DNA of 64,000 nt from Rhina ancylostomus (lineage: Eukaryota). The stretch covers positions 21,564,564 through 21,628,563 of the forward strand of contig JARFYF010000007.1 of the NCBI GenBank assembly GCA_030265395.1, read 5' to 3'. Under the pieces are notes generated by a model. It saw only the letters and a list, made by a program, of their open reading frames with translations, did not search any database and had not been told where the DNA came from. Position 1 is the first letter of the stretch; each line of letters opens with the position of its first letter. A program made the position numbers and the translations under genes. Below are positions 14,743 to 28,000 of this stretch, one piece after another.

Positions 14743-14898
14743 GAAATGTTTTTGGTCCATTGCAACCAAGTGGCCATCTGAAGTCCACAACTCCCCCTCC
14801 TCCCACTACCAAAAGTGCTAACCTGTCTAGAAAGCATTCAGTGGATCAAGTGAACATGCTCTCACCACCTGCCATGTCTCCTGTGGGCTCATCGCAAA
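14743..14898 (+). CDS. SUPT20H: SUPT20H exon: [52 protein letters not shown]
   Basis: tag| and |gtgagt; 156 nt, phase 1 to 1; resembles human LKSPTPPP...RKSSVD...MLSPAALSPASSSQ. Confidence 0.93.
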
Positions 14899-16915
14899 GT
14901 GAGTGGAATAACTAGCAACATATATGTGGCTAGTTCACTGTTAATGATGTACATAGGCATCAAGAAGCTAAATTGTTTAAAATGGCTCTTCCTTAAGAAT
15001 AATTTCCTTGTGATTGATGTGTGCCAGATTTAACTGTATAATTTACTTAACTTTGATGTATATAATTGTACAATACAGCTTTTGAATGTTTGTGTACTCA
15101 GAACAGTTAAAGTGAAAATAAACGAGTGCTGTAGTTGACAAATTAAGCTTTTACACATATTGATATAGTGAAATATGTAAAATAACTGATAGCAAGAATC
15201 ACATCACTTGAGTTTACAAGCTTAAGATCTCTTATAGTAAAACAGGATTGGTGCATTAATTCCGTAAATAACTACAACTGTTGGAAACAAATTAATTCTC
15301 AGAATTAACAAAATGTATTCTATACTTGAATTGGAATTATTTAATATGCCCAGAACAAATGTCAACAACATGTTTATTTAGCATCTTCAGCATAGTAAAA
15401 TATTGCAGGACATTTATCAGGTTGTATTGACTCCAGGCCACATGTGATGGCAGGACTGTTAGGTTTTTAAGGAGTATATTAAAGGTGACAGGAGAAATTG
15501 AGAGAGAAAGAAAAATAAAGAATTTGAAACTATTTTAAGTACATAACCTTGGAGTGATAAAAAATCAGGAAAGCACAAAAGGCTGGAAGTAGAGGAGCCC
15601 AGTGATCACAGGATTGTAGAACATGATGAGGTCACTGAGGTAGGGAGGGGCAAAGAATTGAAGAGACTTGAAAACATGGATGAGTATTTTAAAATGAGGT
15701 GTTGTTGGACTAGGAGTCACTGAAATCAGCAAGCACTGTGGATTTGAGTTACTGGGAATTAGTGCAAATTAGGATGCAACTTGAATCAATTGTAGTACTT
15801 TTGTTTGTATTTCATGACAGGGTGAAACTGGTGCAGTTCTGTGGGTTTGAGGCATTGGATGGGATTCTTTAGAATGTTTTATCTATCCATTCCAGTAGGT
15901 CAAGTTCAAGTGAACATTAATAGGTTCAAAGGAACTGCTTGACTAAGAATGAGTCAAAATTACTCCCTCAACCAGTGCCAGCTAAAATCGTATTTGATTG
16001 TTTGTAGAATATTAGTAGAGAATGGCTACCATAATTATCATTGCACATCGTGGTAGTTCACAGTGCAGTGCTTTGCAGTGTTTAGGCATGAATAGTGCTA
16101 TATAAATTCACTGATTTATTTCATTGTAAATATTTTATAGCTAATATGATCATTCTTTATTTCATTTCTGTTTCGATGAACTTGTAAGTCACTGTACTTT
16201 CACACAATTGTGATAACTGCATCAAACTCCTCTATAATATACCAATTCAGTTAATAAAGAAACATTAAAATCAGGGCTGTCAATTAATTATCATTAATGC
16301 TTGCGAATAAGGTGATCAGAAATTAACACATTAATTTTTTTAACATGTTAATCGCATGCATTAATGCAAAATAATAATTGCACTGGAGTTTTCAGAAATG
16401 TATGTCATTTCACACGATACCTTTCACAGACTAGATGTGGACCATCACATTGCCTTGTATGTCACATTTTTTTCCATCCTGGCTGCTGGCTCTACAACTC
16501 TCTCTATCAAGTCCCATTGCCTCCCACATCAACTCCAATCCAGACTCCTATTGACTGACCATTTCCATGCACTGCATCTTCTAGACCTAAGTAGCAGTCC
16601 ATTTCACCTCCTACTTCCACTGCCTTGATAGACTGCAGAAGGATGAAGGGAGAACCCACCTGATCCTAAACTGCCAAAATCTAGAGCTGCTGGTAACAAG
16701 CATAACTCTAACTTCTGCTGCCATGTGAACTGCCAGGCAGCAGGACCACCTGCGAAAAAGAGGGCAGAGGGAGAGGAGTGGAAGAAAGATGGGTAGTATA
16801 GAATTGGATGAGAAAGAAAAGGGGAAATGTACAGAGGAGAAGCAGCATCTGACCACTCCATAAAGTCAAGATTCCTTTAGCTGATATCCATGGCACTCTC
16901 TCTTGCACCCCCCTA

Positions 16916-16916
<1 letters not shown>

Positions 16917-16949
<33 letters not shown>
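16917..16949. repeat. (CA)n microsatellite
   Basis: Read directly from the sequence. Confidence 0.95.
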
Positions 16950-16952
<3 letters not shown>

Positions 16953-17899
16953 CCCCCCNNNNNNNNNNNNNNNNNNNNNNNNNNNNNNNNNNNNNNNNNN
17001 NNNNNNNNNNNNNNNNNNNNNNNNNNNNNNNNNNNNNNNNNNNNNNNNNNNNNNNNNNTCACCTTCCAGAAAAAACATTCTTGTTAAGAAAAGCAACTTC
17101 TAAGATTATTCCTCAATTGGTCCAATCTGTCTCCCAAAATACTTATTTCAAATTCCCTGATTAAATATACATAAATCATGAACATGGGAATTTCATATCT
17201 ATAGTTAGAGATAGCCTCATGTTTAACACATTAACCTCGATTCCACGTGGCCAGTGTGGAATCTCAGCCTTTCTCTGTCTCAAAGAAAAGAAATAAAAGA
17301 ACATAAATTAAAATACAGGTAAGAAAAATGAAATCCATGCTTGCACTGTTCTTGTTTTAGAACCTTTACAAATAACTGAAAAACCTAGAATAAATAGCTA
17401 GTTTCCACAGTGGAAAACTTTAACACATATTGCAACAAATAAAGGAAAAGAAAAGATGGATGGTTGAGTGGGACACCATAGAACTGGCACACTCACATAG
17501 CTGCTTAAAGACACACTGCCTCTTAAAATATAAAGTAGCAAAATCTTTCCCTTGGTTACATCCTGTTTCCCTTAAGAGTAGGATTAATATTTAAATATCT
17601 TACAAGCACAGATTTAACAAACGTGATAACCTTTTAACTCACTCATTCACTCACACATTTTCTCTCTCTCCTTGTGCAAATCAGAATGAATTCACAAGTT
17701 GCCACACCTCAGGCAACATTTTAAAAATCACAGACCATTCACACATTAAACCATTTCAGAAAACAACTTAGTCTCAAGGATTAACTGTTTGATCAAACAG
17801 TTTAATCACACACACTTTACAGAACCTTTTAAACTTTAAGGTTTTAGAACAAAAGAATGCTGGAAATTATTGGTCATGGAGAAGCAAATATTCACACAT

Positions 17900-19650
17900 C
17901 CCCACATCAACTAAAATTCCAACAACTTCCAAGCTTTTCGACATTCCAATTTCCGATCTGTGATGGAACTTGGATTATATGATCTGGTTTACCTTGCAGT
18001 TTGAGCAATGTGTCCCTCTTTAGAACAATTAAAACCCGTCCTTCCAGGACATCCTATATTTAAGACCTTTGTTTCCAATTACGTCTGGAATGTATCCTAA
18101 GCGGCCTATTCTGATCTGTTCATAGTCGTCTTTGAGTTTGGTCCATATCCCTGGGAACTGCTGACATAATCCATACATATTATCTTGGTTTCAGTCCTTG
18201 CTGTTTGGGACTGCTGCAGCTACGTAGGCCATATTGTCTGCTTTGTAGGCTGAATGTGTTTGTTGACCCTGACTTGTTCATCTAATCTCTCCCTTCTGTG
18301 AGTCTATAACAGCAACTTCCTCCCTAAGTATATCTATTCCCAGGATGGTCTGCTCATTGTTTGGGCATACACAGAGTTCCACTGATAGATGTACTCTCTC
18401 TATCTCAAATACCCGAGACTCACTTCTCTCTGTCCTCATTATTTTACCTCCTACACTTGTTGTCTAGATACTGTCTCCAGCAGTTTGGAAAGGTAGGTCA
18501 GTTATCGATACTCATGCTCCGTTTCCATGAACATGTCACTTTGTTGGTCTCCTCACAATGCTATCGATAAACTGACCTGGATGCTGTTTTTACTAGTTCT
18601 ATAATATGTGCAGTGAATGTGGACAAATAGGGTTCTGCTGTGCTTTCTGCCTGTTTTGGTGGTTGACTTTCATGCCGCCTTCCCTTGTTAGGATATTGCC
18701 TCCAACCATGGCCAGGAGGCCACAGCTGTCACTTATCATCTCCTTTGCTCTTCTGTCTCCAGTGCAGCAGTCCCTTAGTAAGTGCATGGTCAGTGGCACA
18801 CAAGCAAATTCTCCCTGCCTTCACTACAGCTGCAACCACTGCAGTCACCTTGTGACCTTTCTTCCCTCTCCAGTCTATCTCCTGGCACCCAACCCTTGAT
18901 GCTCCTGTGGAGTAAGTGGATCCCACTGCTGTCTCAAAGTCTAAGACCTCTTGGTGGGCCAAGCTCAGACCTTCCTTGATCATTTTCAGGATGATTGGAT
19001 CATCTTGCCTTGGATTGTCTCCTGACAAACGTTCCTCATAGGTGTGTTTGTGTGTGTGTTTGGGGATGGGGGGGGAGCAGAATCTTTGAATCAATAGTGT
19101 AAAGAAGGGAGCACCACTTTATAAAGAGGTGTTTGAATTAATAAGGAATTAATAATCTGTAAAGAAGGGATAACCTCTCCAAATACTTCCCTATTGCTTC
19201 AAACACACTGTTTTTGTTCTGCATAGTCACGTTCAGAAGGTTCATCGACCTTCTGAACAACACGCATTATCATCCCCCATTTATCCACATGCCCCAGTTG
19301 TTGTCTCCATTGCCCTTTAAAGTTTCAATAACTCTCATTACTGGTGTACCAGCTGGTCATCGATATACTATTCTGCAACTCTGGGCAATACTGTCCCACA
19401 TATTTCTCAATCATTTATCCGTAATCAAAATGTGTATGTCTTTAGGTGCATTTTGTGAATTCTATTTCTTTTAACATGCCAAAACTCTGCATTTCCACAA
19501 ATATGTGAGAGCAATTTGGACAGAAGTCTCTCCTTCTCCCTTGGGGTGAAGGGTTTACGGATGATTGGAATGAGTGTGAGTGGCTGGTTGGGATCATCAG
19601 GGTTCTGAGCCTGGTGTTGCCTAACCTCTGACTGCTACCTCAACAGGCTT
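17900..19650 (-). mobile_element. Degenerate ERV-like LTR retroelement: gag, protease and start of RT
   Basis: In order on -: RKPFTP (about 19550), decayed zinc knuckle FAC.....HLLRDC (about 18810-18770), frameshifted DTGA-like protease motif (18540-18500), ILGIDIL (18350-18326), LCQQFPGIWTK (about 18170-18135). Confidence 0.65.
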
Positions 19651-19863
19651 TGCTGAGGATAACCTCTCCAAATACTTTCCTATTAATTTCAATAACAAAC
19701 AAAAGACAAGGAGAAAAATAAAAGAGCACATACAGAGGAGTTCTTCCCCCTTGTACCACTAAGTTCGTGATACCTGCTGTGCTCCCTTCTTTATAGAATA
19801 TTAAATGTTCCTACACTATTGCCCCTCCTGGCATTTGATTCAAAGGTTCTCTTACACCCCCTA

Positions 19864-19864
<1 letters not shown>

Positions 19865-19933
<69 letters not shown>
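19865..19933. repeat. (CA)n microsatellite, about 34 units
   Basis: Read directly from the sequence. Confidence 0.95.
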
Positions 19934-19936
<3 letters not shown>

Positions 19937-21644
19937 CCCACCTCCCTCCTCCCTCTCCCTCCCTCCCCCCCCCATTCTTCCTCTCCCTACCCCTGATAAA
20001 TAAACTGTTTTCATGTGGACCTTTCAAAAATACTCCTTTACAATCATATTTTAACAAAGCTATCAATGTGTGTTGTTAAGTAGTGCCATTAATCACAGTT
20101 GTTGGACAGCCCTATTCAAAACAGAGAAATGTCTAATGCTTGAGCACACCCTTGTGAAAATACATGTGACACTCGTTAAAAGAAATTGTCCTATGGGAAG
20201 TTTATTTTAAGAATTCAGTGCAGTACAGTACAAGGTATTGAATTGTCATAATCTCTATTTATAGGGCTACAGTTTACGCATTGATGTAATTGCATGTTAA
20301 TTTTGTGACATCCAATGTGTGCGTGCCCTTAGATGTTTAGTTTATTTCTACACCAGAGTGGAAAACAAGTACAATTTTCCCCTAATATAACTATTCTGTT
20401 TAGGGTCATGCTCTTTCATATGACTATTCAAATCTTCATCATTTCTATAGAGCAATGCAATTACAAGTGCTTTGTGGAATTAGTGAGAAGGGAGTTAAAT
20501 ACATTAAAATTGGAAGGAACATTGTCATAAGTGTCCAGTGTTTGATTTGTTTTAAAATGTTGCTAAGTGTTATTAAACTAAGCATTTAAAAGGTTATTTT
20601 CTCAGTAATTAGTTTGAAGAGAAACCGATGTTGCAAGTGTCTTGAGCATTAGTCAGCATTAGTCCTTCGATAACTTTGTATTCTTGATTTATAAATACCA
20701 TGAGTATTGCTGTTTTTGCAACCTTATACTTCCACTCAACCATTTGGACCTTGTGAGGCAGGTGAACATGACAGTAGAAAGGCTTTGTTAAATGTTACAG
20801 GATCGTATCAATTTTAAAATTAAAGACTATATTTACTATTGGACTCGGATTGATGTAATCTTCAAAAATATTCTTGGGCATCTTAAATACATTGTATAAG
20901 ATTTGACACACTAGGTACATTGATTATTTCAATTTTCTCATGTTCAGTCTCCCAGGTTGTTACTACCAGACACCTAAACCAGTTCACTCACAGAATTTCC
21001 CTACTCTTTTAAAAGATTCTGGATGAGACAACATAGGCTTTCTTGAATACATGGTAGCACATCCATGGCATAGGTGAATGTTTTTGAAAATTGGTTGTTG
21101 AGAATTTCCGTGCTCTAATTTACATGCACTGAAGTGCCGAAAAAGCTGAATCAAGGAAAAGTTAACATAACATTTAAAACAATCTATATTTTTTTCCATA
21201 AATTTTCTTTCAAAACTTTGTGCACAAATAATATAAGGAACTCTTCCTGAGAATTTACTCATAACATTAACATATGCTATAAATTGTATCTTCAATAAAC
21301 ATTTTCCATAGTTAGATATGATATTATATCTTCCATTATAACTTATGCCTTATTTTACTTTGCGATAATTTTTAAAATTTATGTGTGACTTATACTAATG
21401 TAGCTACATAAGTATATGAGATGTACAGAATAAAAACTGTTGGATGCAATATCTACATCCCTGCGGTTACATTAATTGTAACTCATTTTTGTTTTCCCAG
21501 TTCTTGTGTAACTAGATGGGTACAAACTAGGGTTTAATTACCTTTATTCAGTTTGCTAGCTAAGCTCAATTTACACTGAGTGGAGCAAGCTTTTAACAAA
21601 GTGGCCTTCAGTAGCAGATTTTCTTCAGATTACTCAGCGACAAC

Positions 21645-21816
21645 TTTGGTTCCATAGTGAAGAAATAAGATAACTTTTATCCTAAAAAAAACCTTACCTC
21701 CTAGTGCTAACCCTAATGAGCACATACAGCAATTCCAGTGATTTTGTCCACATTACTATGAACAGTTGCTAAATATATCAAACAACTGCACAGATTTCTT
21801 CTGCTATGGAACCAAA
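21645..21816. repeat. Small inverted-repeat (MITE-like) element
   Basis: tttggttccatagtgaagaaat (21645-21666) pairs with atttcttctgctatggaaccaaa (21794-21816). Confidence 0.65.
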
Positions 21817-24729
21817 TTGCCTCGTGCAAATTTAATTGCTTTGAAATAGTTAGATATGCACTCAAAAAATGAATGTTCATCTCAAATAAATTGTTTCATA
21901 TGTTTTCTTTGTTAATATGACAAAGTTATAGTTAATGTTAATGTTCTGTCATTTTCTCCTGGCACCAAGATGCATTGTAGAGCATGTTGTGGATACTCCA
22001 ATGGTGGAACCAATTTGGGTTCAATTGTCCAAATGACATTTACTCATCTGCGCAGTTGTTTGATATACTTAGCAACTGTTCATAGTACATGGACAAAATC
22101 AGTGGGATTGGTTTTTGTGTTCATTAGGGTTTCGACTAGGAAGTAAGGTTTTTTTTAAGGATAAAAATTATCTTTTGTCTTCAAAGAGTGTGTGTTTGTA
22201 GTCCCCTCTTGACATTTGGTATCAATGGTTTTAATCAGACCATGTGTCAGAAAGGAAGTATACTGAGCACATTGAATGCAAAATATTTCTTTAGTGCTCA
22301 CTTGGCACCAAAAACTAATATCAATTCCCCATCTCTAAGTAGAATTTGGACACTTTTCAAGATTTGCTAAGTACATTTGCTGACCATGACTTAAAAAAAA
22401 ATATCCTGTAAATCTCTCCAAGCATAATGACCTCAGTTTTGCAGGATCGGCTGTTCAAAATTTGCCATCCTGTGATACTGTGTAGAGTAAATTATTAAGA
22501 AAATATTTACCACTTGATGCAAGAGCCCATCATTCTTTAAATGAAAATAGACTCAGAGAATCAATTCTTTTGATGTCCTCCCTCCAGCCCTGCTTTAGGG
22601 CACTTCTTCATTTTCTGCAACTTGATTTATCTGTTTCTGTCAACTAAATACATTCTTTTAAAATACTTTGTTTGATTTGTAGGTTAAATAGCTTTACACT
22701 GCTTCATGCACAATGGAAAGAATATTGAGGGAATTGTTGATTACTTTCAAACTTTTTTTTTGTATTCCATATAAATGGACTATTACTGTTTGTAGAAGCC
22801 CTTGTAAAATGCATTAGTATTGCAAGTGACTGAGTCAAAATACCATACTTGCATGTCAGTCACATCTTGTGACTTTCCACTTTGGATTTTCAGGCTGTCA
22901 ATGATTAGCTCTGACACCTGAGGAAACCTTAACCTGAGATTCTCAGAGCATCTGATCAATCGTTTTTTGAATTTTGGATCTTGTAATACTTGCTAGAGCC
23001 AGGTATTTCACTGTTTAATTATCAAATCTCATGCCATTAGAATTTGTGTTTTATGAAAATTTGCTTCAAATGGCTTTTATAAGTATGACTACATTTTCTT
23101 ACGGTAAGAACTAAAAAAGAGAGATGGGAAAGGCAATAACAATGTTGTCTGGTGATACAAAAGCTATGAAAAATAATCTTTGTGTTCATCCATTGCACAA
23201 GAATACATTGTTTTCATTATAATTAGTTAACTTGCTGATTTTTTTTTCTTGAATAATATATTGATCTTGTTAACATAATTCCATGTAAAAGCCAAAAAAA
23301 ACTGAAGCAAAAACAGAAGATACTAAAAAATCTGGAGCAAATCTGTCAGCATCTGTAGAGGGATTAGAGATTAATCTTTTTGGAACAGATCCTTTTTCAG
23401 AATTGAGATGTAAGCAGGTGAACATATTAATACATCCATAAAAAACAGGAATGTGGAAATGTCTAGAGTACAGTTGCTTATGTCTCACAACAATTGACAG
23501 TGATTGGAAATTACATCAGTCTTGCATATGTACCAATTCCAAATTTCTGTCTGTCTAAATGCACCTAAAATTGGATTTATAGTTACGGCACTTCAAAACA
23601 ATTGCTAAGGCGCTGAAAGGAGCTAAGGTAAATACCCTGTACATCCTTCTGCCTAGAGTCTTTTGAGCACGTAGTCAAACAGGTCACAGATGATATATTG
23701 GTTTGTAGAGTTAACTTACCACAGGCATCAGCGAACCTCCTTATTTCACCCACTGTATAGAATTAAAGGAATACCTTTTGAATCCCCATAGAAGCATTTT
23801 AGCAATGACAGCAAGGGCACTAAAAAATGGCATGAATCCTCTTTTAGTTAATGTTGACATGACACTGCTTTTAAATGATGCAAATTTTTGTTCAGATCTC
23901 TTTTAAAGTTAGTATATTTGTAAACTTTAAATCTAAACAGATTGATTCCTTTGTTATTAAAATATATCACAAAGAATACAAACTTTGCATGTTAGTCTAT
24001 GATCCTAAGTAAAATTTGAGTACATATGGTCCTTGCATTTTAGAAGTAAAATTTGGAAGAGCTTTAGTAAGCTTGATATGTGCAATCATTGTTAAAAATG
24101 TATTCTTATCTATGGTACAAGTTGTTCTCAACAGTAATCTGTAAAATTATATTAATTTTATAATCACTAAAATTTATCAGTAGTGCACATAGGACATTTT
24201 GCTTCTTTTGCATGTATGACCACTACGGGATATGTAATAACTGCAAGATTGCCATTTGGGAGAGTGTGTAAGTCTTTTTAACCCAATAGTGTTTATTTAA
24301 TGTATGGCAAGTAAAATATTAAAAAGTATAATCATATAAAACCATATGCTCGCTATTAAATATTCAATTATTTCAATGTGCATAGGCAAAGCATAAAAGT
24401 TGCAGTTGTTGAATTAGATTTGGCATTTTTTTTCTGAAGCAGTGTAAGATGTTTTCAAAGAACAGCTTTCTAAGTTGTATACTGCAACTATAATGTGCAA
24501 AACTATTGTATCACTCAAAATAAATGGAAAATGTTTTGATTTACAGTTTGCATATGGCCTCAATGTACTTGACAGCCATGCAATTGCGGGTCACTGTATC
24601 TATTCATTTGAAACACTTTTCCTCCCTCAGTATTAACATTAAATGCTTTTTGTTTTGCACAGTTTTGCATAAAATCTTTACTCAGTTTTAAAGTAATAAC
24701 CTGGCACTTTTTCTTTTCTTAATGAGCAG

Positions 24730-24962
24730 GATCTGGGACACCCAAGCCATCTACCCCTACACCAACCAACACCCCTTCATCAACTCCACACCCTTCTGAT
24801 GTTCAAACCCCAACATCTACAGCCACTCCCACTGCTACCCCTTCTATACAAGAATCAGGCAGACTCTTTTAACCCCTTTTGCCCAACAGCAGTTGGCTAT
24901 TAGTCAAGCTCTGCCAGTAATGACCATTCCTCTTTCCACCGTGGTAACTTCCATTACAACAG
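24730..24962 (+). CDS. SUPT20H: SUPT20H 5' extension of an alternatively spliced exon (S/T/P-rich long form), frameshifted as assembled near 24860 with TAA at 24870-24872
   Basis: cag| at 24729; reads RSGTPKPSTPTPTNTPSSTPHPSDVQ...QESG, then homology continues in another frame as QTLLTPFAQQQLAISQALPVMTIPLSTVVTSIT. Confidence 0.7.
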
Positions 24963-25032
24963 GGAGTTCATCCACCCAGGTGATGACAAACCCAGCGGGT
25001 CTCAACTTCATCAATGTAGTGGGCTCTGTTTG
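24963..25032 (+). CDS. SUPT20H: SUPT20H exon, short form from an internal acceptor: [24 protein letters not shown]
   Basis: acaacag| at 24962 and |gtaaga; 70 nt, phase 1 to 2, in frame with both neighbours; resembles human [20 protein letters not shown]. Confidence 0.88.
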
Positions 25033-28000
25033 GTAAGAAAATTTAAATCTTTTAAGCATTTCATGAGCATTTTAACTATTATTGACAGTATTGAAGTGAA
25101 ATTTTCTTTATATTCAGTAATGTAAACTTTTATTGTGCCTCATTCTAACAATATGCTGGTTAACCACCAAGCGTTTAAATTCATGCAGCACAGGAACACA
25201 TCCAGAAATAAATACACTGCATTTGTCTTTAAAGACTCCTTTCATTGCTTTAATAACACATAGCAGTCATACCACATTGTTCAAAGCTACTTTATGTTTA
25301 TAGCATTTAATCTTTCATGATCAGTCTAATAATTTTTCTCGAGTTTTGTTTTGGTTTTGTCTTTTGTTTTGGTAACTTCAAAGTTGTAATGAAAAGTTTG
25401 ATTTTTTAGTTGCATGAAGGGATCCTCTCTGTCGCTAGTCATAAAATCCATCCCAAAGTGTAAGCAAATTTGCACTCACACTCCATTAGATAGCTTTGTG
25501 TGTTCTATTTTGTGTACCACACAATGTCATGTTTCAGTCTATCATAGCCATTTTTCACAAACTCTACAAAATCATTTTCCACAAATAATCTTTTAAGGAA
25601 TAGGCCAAGAAATACAGTTAGTTTAAAAGGCTATCAACAGCTTCTTCAGACCTGAAATAGCTTGCATGGGAATTAATTTTCTCCATCACCTTGCCATTAC
25701 AACAGATACCTTTATTGGTTCAAGACATTGGGCTGAACACTAAAAGTACATTCTGCATGCAATACTGGCCAATCCCAGAGCTGTGTTATCTATCATCACA
25801 GCTGTTTTTCAAGCAATTTCCCCATTGCTCTAGAGTTTTATTACACAACTAGAATAGATCCAAACTTTTTAATCAGAAATTGCCTCCACATATAGCTCAA
25901 CACTGATACTTTCTATGAGCAGCATGTGGGCTTTGTGGCAAAGATAGAGGGTCTCAGAGTGACGCTTTCCTTTCTCTATCCCCTTCACCCACCCCTTTTT
26001 TTTAACTTTCCACCCATCTGCCTAACATCTCTATTTCTCATTTAACAGCATGTGGCTAATTTCCTACCATAACTATCAAACATTTCTTCTCTATCAGTCC
26101 CACCATTTGCTCTTATGTGGTATTTCTAAAGTAGCTCATAACTACCAACTCCCACTTCTCAACATATACTCACCAATAAAATCTAAAAAGTTTTGTTTCA
26201 TTGCTGTGTACTGATACAAATCCCCAAGAACATATGGTATGTGTGAAACTCTGTCTCTCCCTTTCCTGTAGTTCTATTTCTTCCATGCAGCTTTTCAAAT
26301 AGATTCTTGTCCCAGGCTCAAGTAGTCAGTTTTGCTGTATCTCAGATTTCCACTGTTATTTCAGTAATTGTATCCTACACTTGTTAACATTTACAAGAAC
26401 TGGGTCAACTTACTGTTATGTTGCCTGTCCACCAGCAAATACATTGTTTGTTGCAGTAGTTTCTAAGTGACTGTATATATTGGGTTTTTAACTCATTTTC
26501 CTTCAGCTCAACATTGGCAAAATGAAGGCTATTAAGCTTAGTTCTTTTGCTGTCTGTGGACTAACGTATTTCAATGAACTGCCAAGTGCAACCACATTTT
26601 CCAGTGTAACAGTGGCTGAACTTTTAACTTAGCATATTTTCCATTGCTATGAACATGTTCTTTTAGTTCTGGAATGTTCCTTTATTATGCCCCTACTACC
26701 TTGCTGGAGGTGCTGAAACTTCTCTACACACCTTTAAACATGTGGAGGTGTGATTTATTATGCTTTTTTACTGCACGGTTTTATGCGTCATAGTTGCCTA
26801 GAAATCTTTACATATTGGTTTACTACTTTACATATTGGTTGTTGAATGTCACTAGATATCCATGCCCCGATGAATTAAATCCATCTCCTTGTCACAAAAA
26901 AGATAAAAAGCAGGAAACCACTCAGTGGATCAGATGGATTCTGTGGATGGAGAAAGACAGTAAATGTTCCAAGTCAATGAGCTTGGATCAGAATTTGTTA
27001 GATGCTGCCTGATCTGAGTCTTTTCCAGGATTTTCAGTTCTGTTTCAAATTTCCAGTATGTGCAGTACTTTCCAATGTTTTGGCATTCAGTTGTTGTGTT
27101 TCAGATTACTTAGTTCTTATTCCACTGTATCTTAGCTGTCTTCTGCAGCTATTCAACACACTGTCCATGGTACCATCAAACATTGATCATCCCTTATGCC
27201 TTCAGCCTCTCAAATACTTCCCCCAAAGCCAATAATTATTTCCTGGTTGTGTTCAACAAAGTTGCTTTGGACTTTGTTGAGTGGCAACCTGGATTTATTG
27301 AGTTGCAGCCTGGACCATACTGTTACTCTACATTGTTTAGGTTTAGCTTTGATGATGTTCAGTTGTTCTTAAGGTATTTAATGTAGCCCAAGAAAAGATG
27401 CACTTTTCCCCCTGAATATCATTATTAAATCTTTTAATTAGTTCTCTTTTGCTTGGAAAAAATATATTATCGAAAGTTTATGCCAAGCAACTATAATAAA
27501 ATTTTTTTTTTTAAAAATACACATTTCCATTCAAGTTTACAGATAATTTTAAAAATCAAATGATCTCTTATTAGACTTCAGGGGACGATGATTGAGGAAG
27601 GTTAGATTACTTGTACATTACCCCCTTATTTAAAGATTTTCCATATCGTAAGATCTCATGGACTTCCTTTCAGAAGTGATTTAGGAGTCAGTGCGGTACA
27701 GTATGAAAAGCCATAGAGCATAAGATAGAAAAATTATTTTTGTACTGCCTATTCATGCAATTCAAGGATTTGCAGTTAACATGATAGCAAATTGTCAATG
27801 CATGCCATTGTTACTGTGTGAAACCTTCTGAAGTTTGTGCATGCATGGTTAAACTCAGAAATCTAGAAATTGTTGTCATTGACACCCTACTTGTTCACAG
27901 GGNNNNNNNNNATGCAGTCTTTGTAGGTATAATCAGTGCAGAATTGGTGATTTGACTTCAACTTGCTCTCCATTATCCTTGCTGTAAAAACCACTAAAAA

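Larger units (their letters stand above)
16272..20114. mobile_element. hAT-like non-autonomous DNA transposon with imperfect TIRs enclosing about 3.8 kb
   Basis: Left end cagggctgtcaattaattatcattaatg and reverse complement of right end tagggctgtccaacaactgtgattaatg match at 21/28; ttaat-rich subterminal palindromes; TSD degenerate. Confidence 0.6.

Noticed and set aside
19791-20079. ORFs with HTHTHT or VCVCVC repeats (also at 16866-17103)
   Set aside because: Translations of (CA)n microsatellites.
24859-24962. GC-AG mini-intron that would rescue the frameshifted exon
   Set aside because: The donor gcagac is far from the GC-donor consensus, and the removed segment still encodes conserved protein sequence.
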